From assembly GCF_009914755.1 (NCBI RefSeq), contig NC_060937.1: a stretch of DNA of 64,000 bases, one strand, 5' to 3'. Shown here piece after piece: positions 13,758-30,768 of the stretch (positions are counted from its first letter, which is position 1; every line of letters begins with the position of its first letter). The stretch is from the human T2T-CHM13v2.0 reference genome, Homo sapiens. Made by a program: the position numbers and the translations under genes. Under the pieces are notes generated by a model. It did not search any database. It was not told the origin of the DNA and saw nothing but the letters and a program-made list of their open reading frames with translations.

Positions 13758-13999
13758 ACCTCCCAGCCTACATCTTTCTCCTGTGCTGGGTGCTTCCTGC
13801 CCTCGAACATCAGACTCCAAGTTCTTCAGTTTTGGGACTCAGACTGGCTCTCCTTGCTCCTCAGCTTGCGGACAGTCTATTGTGGGACCTTGTGATTATG
13901 TAAGTTAGTACTTAATAAACATATATATGTATATACATTATATATATATATATCTCCATCCTATTAGTTCTGTCCCTCTAGAGAACCCTGACTAATACA
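13758..13999 (+). mobile_element. ERVL LTR 3' part (MLT2-like) with internal (TA)n
   Basis: cttgctcctcagcttgcggacagtctattgtgggaccttgtgat...cctattagttctgtccctctagagaaccctgactaataca is the typical MLT2 3' end. Confidence 0.8.
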
Positions 14000-14300
14000 C
14001 CATATATACATAAAAAGAGGATCCGTTTAATTGAAGTCACCTCCCTCTCCAATCTAGGTCAGAACGAGGAAGTGTGTTAAAGTTAATGATTCCAAAATAT
14101 CACTAATGCCATTTCTCAGTCCTTAATGACAACAATAACAAAATCAAGTTCTCAGTATTACATTTTCTTTCAAGGCAAAATCTTGTAAATCAGAAGTAGA
14201 GTTGATTACGGTAGCATATGGTTTAGGGGTTTTCAAGTTTAAGATGAATGAGTTTGCATTTATTTTTTAAGCACTTTGAAACTTAAACAATTCTATGCTT

Positions 14301-14628
<328 letters not shown>

Positions 14629-15419
14629 TCATAGGTTTGAGCATTTTCAGTTAGACTGGAAATATAATTTTAGAAAAAAAGTTTAATTTTAAATGTTTCT
14701 TTTTAATCCATTTGAAATTTCTGTTCTACGGAAAAGTTTTAACATCCATTTTTGCAACACGCCACAGGAAACAAAACTGAAAGAGACAAGATTCTTCAAC
14801 GTATCTTCAAAATTAAGCACCTTTCTTCAATGACATTTAAAATTCGTTATCAAAGGTAATTATGTTTTATTGCTTGGTCTTCTAAGTTTGTTCCAAAAAA
14901 GATAAAATCTTTTTTGACTTTTTATCCCAAGGGGTGGGCTAAAAGTTTTATGGAATGTAAAGCTCCAAAAAACTTTTCACTACTGTATCCCCAGCGCACG
15001 GACCAGTAGTTGGCACATGGTAGACACTCGTCAATATTCCTTGTTGAATGCTTAAGATGCCTTTTTGGTTTATGTGTATGTGAAGAGAGTACATAACTAG
15101 AGGAACAAAATCATTACTCAGATTGTACTGTGTTGTGATTTTTTTTTTTTTAAAAGAAAACCTAGGTTAAACTCCATCTTATCTTTGTAAAGGGTAAATT
15201 ACTTCCAATTTTATTCTTGAGTTCAGATAAACACTATTCATTCTAGAGCCAATGAATGCTAGGAATAGAAGAACCGGTCTATTTCTTACTATTGTACTTT
15301 TAAATTACTTATATGCTTTTTGAGGGAAAGGCGTAATTTTCCTTATTCAACTTTGTACTCCCTCTATACTCTGTATTCGACATAATGTTTGTTTCCACAT
15401 AATGTTATCTTGTCGTAGT

Positions 15420-15714
15420 CTTTTTTTCTCTTTTTTTCCGGAGAGTCTTGCTCTGTCGCCCAGGCTGGAGTGCAGTGGCACAATCTCGGTTCACTGCAAC
15501 CTCCCCTCCTAGGTTCAAGTGATTCTGTCTCAGCCTCCCCAATAGCTGGGACTACAGGCACGCGCCACCATGCCCTGCTAATTTTTTGTATTTTTAGTAG
15601 AGACAGGGTTTCACCATGTTGCCCAAGCTGGTCCCGAACTCCTGATCTCAGGCAATTCGCCCGCCTCGGCCTCCCAAAGTGGTAGGATTACAGGCGTGAG
15701 CCACCGCGTCCGGC
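15420..15714 (-). mobile_element. AluS-type SINE
   Basis: Antisense Alu consensus, relatively CpG-rich. Confidence 0.92.
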
Positions 15715-17178
15715 CAAGTGTTATAGTCTTTTGTGCAGACCAAGTAGTGGCCAATAAATCTTGTAGAAACTAAAGTACTCATTTGCTTTTAACTAGGCCA
15801 AGACTAGAATAGCGTGATCTGTAAGTAAAATAACAGCCATTTCCCCAAATATCAAAGCCAAAGCTCTCCTGCTGTGTAGGTGAGATGAAGGGGCTTAAAA
15901 GTGAAGATTAAATCCACTTCAAAGTGTAAAGAGTATCCATCCATTTATCATTGCAGCAACGTTGCAACGTGAACAATCCGATTCCAAATACAAAACAGCT
16001 TAATTCAGTCTCTTTGCCGTACTCACATCCATAGCACAAAATACCCGGCAGGGCCCTGGAATGAGCACCACTGCGGTTAATAATCTACTCTATAAATACT
16101 GGACGAATCCAAATTTTTACTGGATTACACAGAATACGTTTTTAAAAAATCCAAAGAGTTTTAGATGTTACAACAGGGTTCCATCAAATACCACGTTTCC
16201 AAATCTTACCACCAGAATGTGTATCCATTTCAACTGCAATTATTTTGTGTCTAAAACTGTGTACTCTGCTTTGCAACAGGATAAACCCGGTGGATAAAAG
16301 CTGAAATCCGACCCTGTCCTAATTAAGAGGCTAAGAAAAATGGAGAACCGCGCTGGCGTGGAGTTGATACAGAAACACTGCAAGGGCTGGGGACAGGGCT
16401 TAGTTCGTGGAATACACAGGCAGCACCACCAACCCGGCTCTCCGGAAAAGAGAAAGTCCAGTGAGAAAGGTGAAAACTGACAAGGCACCGTTCTCCGACT
16501 TGCTGAAAAAAAGACAATGCAAATAGAGCAGGGTCCAAGGCGGAAGAAAATCAGAGAAAAGCAGGCAGCCAAGCGTGGCGAACACAGCTCTCGGGGCCAC
16601 CCCGGAGGGGACCCGCGGCGGCCGCAGCGGGGCGGAGGCCGAAGCCGAGGCCGCCCCGGAACCAGAGAGCCAGGCGGGAAGTGCACAAAGGCACGAGGCC
16701 ACGCCCAGGAGGGGCGGGCCCTTTGGCCGGAAGGGGGGGGGGGGCCGGCGCGCGGGGCCGGTCGCCTAGGCAACGGGCTCGCGTGGCGTCCAGGCTTCTC
16801 AGAAAGCCCAAAATCCGGGAGCTTTGGGAGGGTAGAGGGGCGACGCGGGGGAGGGCGGTCCGGGGAGCTGAATGGCCTCAGGACGCCGGCCGACCGGGTG
16901 TCTGCATACTGTGGGCGGCCTTTCCAAGTGTGGGGAGCGGCCTCCGAGAACGGTGTCCATGGCACAGGGCGGGAAGAGATAAGGCCTAGGGAAGGCGCCC
17001 CTCGGGCCTATCCACCTCTTCTGGGGCTCGGCACTAGGAAGCAGCTTCCCTCTCAGGCCCCTTTGTCTCCAAGCCGTTCCAAACTGAGTACCGGGAGACG
17101 ACACAAAGGGAGGGCGGTGACGGATGGCGCAGGCGCGGGAGCCGCCTAGGCTGCTGGGAGTGGTGGTCCGGCCGCGGA

Positions 17179-17182
17179 ATGG
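17179..17182 (+). CDS. ING1: Coding part (ATG G) of an upstream alternative ING1 first exon; spliced to 23443 it gives [10 protein letters not shown]..., 235 aa (p27-type isoform)
   Basis: ggaATGG|GTAGGT donor, phase 1 like the other first exons; 4+704 nt = 236 codons, matching the ~235 aa isoform as I recall it. Confidence 0.75.
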
Positions 17183-18354
17183 GTAGGTCTCCCGCGCACT
17201 CTGCGGCCGCAGCTCAAAGGACACCGAGAGGGTGCCAGTGCGCATGCGCCGCCACTTCCGCCCGTGCCCGGCCCTCCCCTTCCTTCCGCCTCCCGGAGGA
17301 CTTGGGTTTCTAGTAGTAAGAGTCCGGGGGGCATTACTCACGGTCTCCCCGCCTCCTCTTCATCGTGATTGGGCTGTCAAAGTGATGTTGGCAAGTAGAT
17401 TGGCTACTGCGGTTGCCAGTTCTGTTTCGGGCCCTACTTATACTGCGCTGTGGGGCGGGGACGAAGAGTCAGGGGCTGAGGAGCGAGTTGCGGTAGTTGC
17501 TGTGTACCATGGTCTCGGAGGTTTCTGTCCCGCGGCCCGTTAGGTCCTGGTCGGGTTTTCAGCGAAGCAGGCCGCTCCCCTGCGTTTCCCAGCGGGCGTG
17601 CTGTGCCGCCCAACAGGCTCTGCCTCCAAGTGCCAAAAACTCCTAGTAAAGTTTGCGCCTCGCCCGCCGTCCACACCCCAGCGGCCCTGACGCTGTCCCC
17701 TCCGCGACCCTCGCCTCTGGAAAAAGTGACAGGCAAGGCCACGCCCCCGCGAGGGCCGGCCTCGAGCCCGCAGCCCCCAGGGCCTGGGACGGTGAGGGGC
17801 GTGAATGCGGCGGGGGGCGGGGCCGTTGCCGGGGGAGGGGGCCGGGGCGCATGCGCGCTGCGCAGCGGGGCTGAATGTTTCCCAAGTGTTTGAAACTGGT
17901 ATTTGGGTTTTCCACGTTGGACAAGTGCGGCTCGGCGGCCAGCGGAGCGCGCCCCTTCCCGCTGCCCGCTCCGCTCCTCTCTTCTACCCAGCCCAGTGGG
18001 CGAGTGGGCAGCGGCGGCCGCGGCGCTGGGCCCTCTCCCGCCGGTGTGTGCGCGCTCGTACGCGCGGCCCCCGGCGCCAGCCCCGCCGCCTGAGAGGGGG
18101 CCTGCGCCGCCGGCCGGGGCGTGCGCCCGGGAGCCACCGCCACCGCGGCCCGCGCCCTCAGGCGCTGGGGTCCCCGCGGACCCGGAGGCGGCGGACGGGC
18201 TCGGCAGATGTAGCCGCCGGGCCGAAGCAGGAGCCGGCGGGGGGGCGCCGGGAGAGCGAGGGCTTTGCATTTTGCAGTGCTATTTTTTGAGGGGGGCGGG
18301 GGGTGGAGGAAGCGGAAAGCCGCGCCGAGTCGCCGGGGACCTCCGGGGTGAACC

Positions 18355-18490
18355 ATGTTGAGTCCTGCCAACGGGGAGCAGCTCCACCTGGTGAACTATG
18401 TGGAGGACTACCTGGACTCCATCGAGTCCCTGCCTTTCGACTTGCAGAGAAATGTCTCGCTGATGCGGGAGATCGACGCGAAATACCAAG
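18355..18490 (+). CDS. ING1: ING1 first coding exon of p33ING1b: [45 protein letters not shown]
   Basis: accATG start; ING-family N-terminal motif Y(V/L)[14 protein letters not shown]; donor AAG|GTACGG; 136+704 nt gives 279 aa. Confidence 0.97.
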
Positions 18491-19647
18491 GTACGGCCGG
18501 GTGATGGATGGGCGGGGGCGGCCGCCTCCTTCCCGGCGGGTCCGGGCGCGCCGCGGAGCCGGGCCGGTCCTGCCGTGGACCGGAGGAAGCGGCCGGCTCC
18601 GCAGCGGCGGCCCTCGGCAGGGGCAGGAACAAAAGGTCTGGAGCGCCTTTGATTCGCCAAGGTCCTTGTGTGCAAAGCCCGGGACACGGAGGAGGAAGGA
18701 GGCGCGAGAGGTCTCGCTGCAAGGCTGCGCGACCAAAGCGCTCTTTGTAGTGAAGTGATGAGGCGGGTGCTGCGGGGGAGGGGGCGGCGGGTCCAAGCCG
18801 CGTCCTCTAGGAGGGGGTGCAGATTACGGCGCGAGATGGAGGGATGTGCCGGCGCCTGGGGCTATAGGGCGCCGAGACGGGGCTGCAGGAGGAGGGCGGC
18901 TGTGGGCCGGGGTTCCCGCGGACCCGGTGCCTCGGTCCCGGGCAACGCCGTTCCTCTGGCCCTTCTTCGTCGTCCCCCACTCAGTCCCGAATCTGAGTGT
19001 TACATAAAGTACCGGGTAGTACTCCGCTCGGGGTAGGTCGGCCGCCCCCGCCCAGCCCCCTCCGGCCCTCACTTGGAGCTGGACACCGAGTAGGGGCCGA
19101 CTGCGAGGGGCGACGCCGCCGGTTGTAGTTTGCGGAGGACGAGGGCTTTTCTCTGTGTGCCGTAGGGAAGGGAAGGGAAGGGGAGGAGCGGAGGCGGGGA
19201 AGGCGCCCATCTGCGCTGCGCTCGGGGGGGCGCGGGCAGATCGCTGGCTTGGAGAGGACTGTGGCAGGTGAGAGGACCTGTGCGTCGTTCTCTGCAGACC
19301 TGGCCGCCCCGGGTGTCAGAGAGAGGTGGCGAGTTCGTGTCCGCCGGGAATTGTTGGCTGTTGGGGAAACTTTCCTGCGAGGTCAGTCAAGGCTTTGGGG
19401 GCTCTGTTTTGAATGTGGATCACCACTCGGAGTTTACTAATGTTTACAAGGCTGCGCAGTAGGGAAACGGAAGAGTTGGGTGGGGGCAAAAAAAAAATTG
19501 ACCGCTGTCCCCGAAAGTACTAGACGCCTCTGCCGGGAAGGCGCCCCTGCGCGTTCTATCCGAGACGTAGCTTCGCAGCGAATTTTATAGGAACTTCATT
19601 AGCATATTATGGAACGTCCCGCCTCAGCCCCCCAGTAGTTGGCTGTG

Positions 19648-20212
19648 ATGTCCTTCGTGGAATGTCCTTATCATTCCCCTGCGGAACGATTGGTCGCTGA
19701 GGCGGATGAAGGCGGGCCTAGCGCAATAACTGGTATGGGTCTGTGTTTCCGCTGTCTTCTTTTTTCTTTTTCGGGGAGGAGCGGGGTGGAGGGTGGACGA
19801 GTTGATTTGAACGTCTTCGGGTCGCTCGGCCTCCAGCCTTGGATTGGTTCTTCTCGCTGCTGGGGCGGGCCGTGCTCTTCCGCCCTGCGGTGTGGTTGGT
19901 TCTCCTCCTGGCCTCCGCCCTCCAAATCGGCGATTCCCATAGGCGGCGGCTCTCGGGGTGCGGGGCGAGTCTCCCGCTGGCCTCCTCCCCATTGGCTGGA
20001 GGCCTGGCGGGTGTCGCCCCGGCCCCTCTCCCCGCTCAGCCCGGCCACTTTCGGGCGCGGATTTATAGCAGTAGCAGTGATCCCGGGCCTGTGGGCTCGG
20101 GGCCGGGGCTGCAGTTCGGACCGCCTCCCGCGACCCGCGGGGCCGGCTCGGAGACAGTTTCAGGCCGCATCTTTGCTGACCCGAGGGTGGGGCCGCGCGT
20201 GGCCGTGGAAAC
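19648..20212 (+). CDS. ING1: ING1 first coding exon of p47ING1a: MSFVECPYHSPAERL...GWGRAWPWK
   Basis: Open frame (ORF track 19639..20220); donor AAC|GTGAGT at 20213, phase 1; 565+704 nt gives 422 aa. Confidence 0.92.
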
Positions 20213-21748
20213 GTGAGTGACTGGGGCTGCGTCCACGAGGGGGACCCTCGGCGCAGAAACTTTTCTGGAAGGTGCTGTCCTCGGGCCGGACGGGCCCCGT
20301 GGGGTGACCCTGGGGCTCCGGACGGAAGGAAGGCAGGGGCTGAGACCACTTTGATCGTTCGACGATAGAAAAAAGTAGCGCGGGGCGGGGTGCAGGGTTC
20401 CAGCTGTCCAGACAGCAAAGTTCATGGAGCCACTTTGTCCTCCTGTCGTTGCTGGGGAGAGCCTGGCTTGCTGCTTGCTTCATGTTCACCTAGGGTGATG
20501 AACTTTTTGGCTTCAGGAAAGATCACAGTCCTGCCCCCCCGGGAGTACTGGAGCGGCGCAGCTGGGAGCGCCGAGAAGCGAGCGAATCTGTCGCAAGGGT
20601 CACAGCTCCTTGGACTTCGGTGTAAATGCTGAGCTCTGCCGCGTAGTTCTGAAAGACTTCCACAGACCTACTCTGTAGGAAGTCAAACGTCTTTTGCTTA
20701 GTAGGCATCAGTTGTATGTTAATTCATAAACTTGGATTATAATTAGTTTGTCGATTTAAAATGGTGTTTGAGGTTGCTTGAATTATTTTTCAAACATTAT
20801 CATAAAAATACCCACCCACCCCCTGGGAAGTTCGCTTCATAAAGAACTTCAGTGCAACCCGTATGTAAAATTAAAATACATTTAAAATAATTGGACAAAC
20901 CAATTTAAATGTTGCTACAACCCCATTTAATCTGTAAATTGCATGTGCTGCTGCTTTCCATGGTAATGTTGGTGTGGAATATGTTTGGAAAAAAGGCAGT
21001 AGTGTCTGAAGCTGAGTTGCTGGCATTGAAAAAGCAGAGTGTCTGGAAGGATGGCTTCCTATTTAGCAGTGGTGTTGTTCCTGTTTATAAATATTTGTAC
21101 TTAGTGGCTTTGTTGATAAAATACTTTGCTTGGAGTATCAAAGAAATATTAGGTAACAGAAATACTTCTTGGTAATTTTGCGATGGGATATCTGTTTCTC
21201 TTGCCCACAAATTAGGCTTCACCTGGATGGAAGCTTGCTTGTGATGTAAAATAACTTCTGTGTTATTAAATTTTAAATTTATATGATACAGTTTTCTGTG
21301 AAATGACAATATTGTCTTTAGAACTTTGATTACTGATGAAAAGAAGTGATACCATTTTGTAACCCTAAATCCATTTAAAAATAAATGGTACACATATTTT
21401 AACATTATGATAAATAAGTTGAATAAATTGGTATTACTTGGATACGTTGAACACAGCTATTTATTTTTATAATTAATTACTATATGAGACTAGGGCTTTC
21501 CTCCTGGTGGCAGGCAGCCTGCATTGTTCCTCTAGGAGTCTTCAAAGCTGTCTTTAGTTTGAGAATATACTCTGGAAAATATTACCATTTAGAGAAGCTT
21601 CAGCGTTGGCCTGAGTTCTTATGTTTACTCTAGTGTTAGGTATATGTCTTATAACTATTTGGAGATAAGATCTGGAAAGGAAGGGGGTAACATTTTAGAC
21701 AATCCCTCCCACTCTCAGCCCCTCCCCTAGTTTACAAGTAGTATTGTT

Positions 21749-22045
<297 letters not shown>

Positions 22046-22474
22046 GGTAGTATTGTTGCCTTGTTTAAAGAGACTGCAAAAAGGTTTTAGGAGAATAATC
22101 TGGTACTGTTTAATTTAATGGTTACTGTTTGAGGAAAAAGAACTCTGGAATTTCTGTGTATTTAAGTAGCCTTTTTAGCAAGGCTGTTTACTTCAACTAG
22201 ATTTTTTAATAGCTTTTGTTTCTTGAGAAATTGCCTAATTACACTTGCCAAATTACACTTTAAAATCATATACACTGTCCTCTAACATGCCCAGGAAGGT
22301 TTACATTTAAATACTGAAGAGGTTTTCTTTTGTTTTTGATAACATTTTAAAGTCCATTGACTTTAACAGATGTGAAGATGTTTTTGTTTAAGCAGTAGAT
22401 GCAAAAGTAAAACCTACCAGCTTCGCTTTAAAGCAAGGCTAGTGCATTCACTGCAGTTAAAAAATAATAATAAT

Positions 22475-22696
<222 letters not shown>

Positions 22697-23225
22697 TCAC
22701 TAATACAGAGGGATAACATGCTAGAATAAATGTGGGGACTGAAACTGAGGACCTAAGTCACAAAGTATCCTGGACCTTTACTGTTAACCCGGTTCTTTAA
22801 ATCATAGAGAGCTATTATATAAATTTATACACATTCTCTCATTTAACAGGGTATTCTAGATGTTGGTATATTAAAATAAAGAAAATAAAGACCTTTTTTA
22901 TTTGAAATATTCAAATAATTTATAATATATTTTATTAATGTTTGTATATTGTGTATAAATGTAATAAATACCATGTTTATATAATGTTATATGTATATTA
23001 ATAATTGTATTCAAATAGAAACATTTGAGTAAAAATGCTGGCAGTATAGACATAGTCATTAATAGAAAGTATTAATAAATGTTGGGTCCCGAGCACTGCA
23101 CCTCATTTAAACGTTTCCTCTTAATGGCTTCGGGCGTTGTCACCCGTGCGTGCCTGGGAACTGTTCTCAGGTTCCCTGGGGTGGCTGGAGCGGCTCCTGC
23201 CGCTGTGGAAGCTGGGCCGGCATTT

Positions 23226-23268
23226 GTGTTGTGTTGTGTTGTGTTGTGTTGTGTTGTGTTGTGTTGTG
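23226..23268 (+). repeat. (GTGTT)8 pentanucleotide microsatellite
   Basis: Read directly from the sequence. Confidence 0.95.
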
Positions 23269-23442
23269 GTTAGCACAGGAACAGATAGGCCCGGGAGAGC
23301 CTGTGGCTGGTGGGCTTTGTTCTGGGCAAGCCGTGCGCTGGCCCCTAGGCTCCCTGCCAGCCCTCTCCGTAGACCCGTCCGGGGCCGTGTGGGTTGTCCC
23401 GGTGTCCTGCTCGCGAGTGACGCCTGTCCTTCTTGCCCCCAG

Positions 23443-24146
23443 AGATCCTGAAGGAGCTAGACGAGTGCTACGAGCGCTTCAGTCGCGAGACAGACGGGGC
23501 GCAGAAGCGGCGGATGCTGCACTGTGTGCAGCGCGCGCTGATCCGCAGCCAGGAGCTGGGCGACGAGAAGATCCAGATCGTGAGCCAGATGGTGGAGCTG
23601 GTGGAGAACCGCACGCGGCAGGTGGACAGCCACGTGGAGCTGTTCGAGGCGCAGCAGGAGCTGGGCGACACAGCGGGCAACAGCGGCAAGGCTGGCGCGG
23701 ACAGGCCCAAAGGCGAGGCGGCAGCGCAGGCTGACAAGCCCAACAGCAAGCGCTCACGGCGGCAGCGCAACAACGAGAACCGTGAGAACGCGTCCAGCAA
23801 CCACGACCACGACGACGGCGCCTCGGGCACACCCAAGGAGAAGAAGGCCAAGACCTCCAAGAAGAAGAAGCGCTCCAAGGCCAAGGCGGAGCGAGAGGCG
23901 TCCCCTGCCGACCTCCCCATCGACCCCAACGAACCCACGTACTGTCTGTGCAACCAGGTCTCCTATGGGGAGATGATCGGCTGCGACAACGACGAGTGCC
24001 CCATCGAGTGGTTCCACTTCTCGTGCGTGGGGCTCAATCATAAACCCAAGGGCAAGTGGTACTGTCCCAAGTGCCGGGGGGAGAACGAGAAGACCATGGA
24101 CAAAGCCCTGGAGAAATCCAAAAAAGAGAGGGCTTACAACAGGTAG
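23443..24146 (+). CDS. ING1: ING1 common terminal exon CDS (helical domain, NLS, PHD finger, polybasic tail); internal ATG 23514 gives a 210 aa p24-type product
   Basis: Acceptor tccttcttgcccccag; [51 protein letters not shown]; stop TAG 24144-24146. Confidence 0.98.
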
Positions 24147-27555
<3,409 letters not shown>

Positions 27556-28431
27556 ATTTCCTCTTATTATATATTATTTTAGAAAGAGTACACATTTAGT
27601 TGTGATATCCTTTTGTAGTTCACATTTATGTAGTGTTCCAGGTAATAAGTTACCTGGAACTTACCTGAACACTTCAATATTTCATTAAAGTATTAAATCT
27701 TTTTCTTAGGCAAAATGATTAAGAGCTTCATCTGTGCACTTCTAAAGACATGATGTGCTCTCGAGGACATCTAGCTTTTTTCCTTCTATCTAATGTAATT
27801 TATGGCTCTAGAATCCTTGGCATATATGGAGAGAGGTTTTATTGATACTGTCTGCCTCCCTCTCCATTTTAGCGTGTAGAATGTGCCTCTTTCATCGCAG
27901 AGTCCAGGCAGTTCTCAGCACCTTGGGGGCTAGATTTCCGGGGTTTTTTTAATCTGGAAAAATTGCTAGTCCGTGACTGCATTTCTTGAGGCACTCGTGT
28001 TCTCTGCACAGGCTCTCATTGTGAACTCGTGGAGGGCTTAGGAAGACACCGCTAATGGGAAGGAGGTGGGAGAGCAAATGTGTGTTGTGTTACTAAGTCA
28101 AAATTGCCTCCTGAGGCTTTTTATGAGGGGCTTTGTTTCAGAGTATTTATTTTAACTATTCCGTCTTTGTTTTTTAAGCAGCTCATCAGTGAGAATCCAA
28201 CTATTACATTTTTTTCTAACAAACCAAACATTAGTGAGCTGTGCCCCCTGTGCCACCAAAAGAATGAGAGGAATTCTATAACTGGAATGAAGAAAATCAT
28301 TAGGCCAGTTCTCTTTCCTTACCTCAAATACTCTGTATTACTTGACTGTTCATAAAGATGGGGTTGGTATTTTTCCAATTAAAAACCCCAATCTGAAAAG
28401 AAGCTACTACAAACTGAGTAACAGGTTAAAT

Positions 28432-29492
<1,061 letters not shown>

Positions 29493-30163
29493 CTTAGGAT
29501 ATTTTTCTAAGGCATCACAAGTTACACATCCAAACTCTTCAATGGTATAATATTTTATATTAAAGTAGAATTTTCTACGAAACAAGAAAATGCTTGTTTC
29601 AGCAGGCAACTTTAAATAAAGGTACTCAGTGTCGTGGTGTATGTATATCAATATAGCCACCATTTATTGCCTCCTATATGCTAGACACTGCTAGCACTGC
29701 ATACTTCATATTTTATGACAACCCTGCCAAAAAATGGCTGCTTTTCCTGATGAAGGTGCTGAGACTCCAGCCAGGGACCTGACTTGCACAAGGCCAACGC
29801 CCTGCATCTGGCTCCAAAACCAGCATCCTTGACCACCGCCTGGCACCCGGAGGCCTCCTCATGGTCAGGACCTGGCGTTGCTGCTGGTCTTCCCTGAACG
29901 CCTAACATGCCAGGAGTGTGCTGTCCTCCCAGCTCTGTGGGGGTCTTACAACTGAGAAAGCCATAGAAGGTGAAAGAAACGCTCATGGTCTCACGGGAGG
30001 AGAGAGCGAAAAAGTCTTAATTGCTGGGCTTCTTTGCCTGAATGAAGGGATCTGCAGGAGCCACGGGTATTTGCACTACCAAGTTCTCATGCTTCTGATT
30101 TTCCTCCAGGTAAACCAGGATGCTTACTTCAAGTTTCTTGTTTTGCCCTACAGTGAATTTTAG

Positions 30164-30768
<605 letters not shown>

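Larger units (their letters stand above)
16550..20650. promoter_or_regulatory. Large CpG island holding the multiple ING1 promoters
   Basis: Very high GC/CpG. NRF1-like TGCGCATGCGC at 17239-17249 and GCGCATGCGC at 17847-17856; ETS-like ACTTCCG at 17254-17260; ATTGG (CCAAT) boxes at 17368 and 17399; G12 run at 16733-16744. Confidence 0.92.

Noticed and set aside
15956-15970. Overlapping palindromes gcaacgttgc / acgttgcaacgt
   Set aside because: Only 10-12 bp; several are expected by chance in 64 kb and there is no supporting context.
17385-17543. ATGs at 17385 and 17509 as further ING1 coding first exons
   Set aside because: I could not find a convincing phase-1 GT donor for either, so no CDS was called.
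16240-20490. Many 100-280 aa ORFs on both strands of the ING1 CpG island
   Set aside because: Expected in very GC-rich DNA; only the exons with matching donors and ING1 sequence were accepted.
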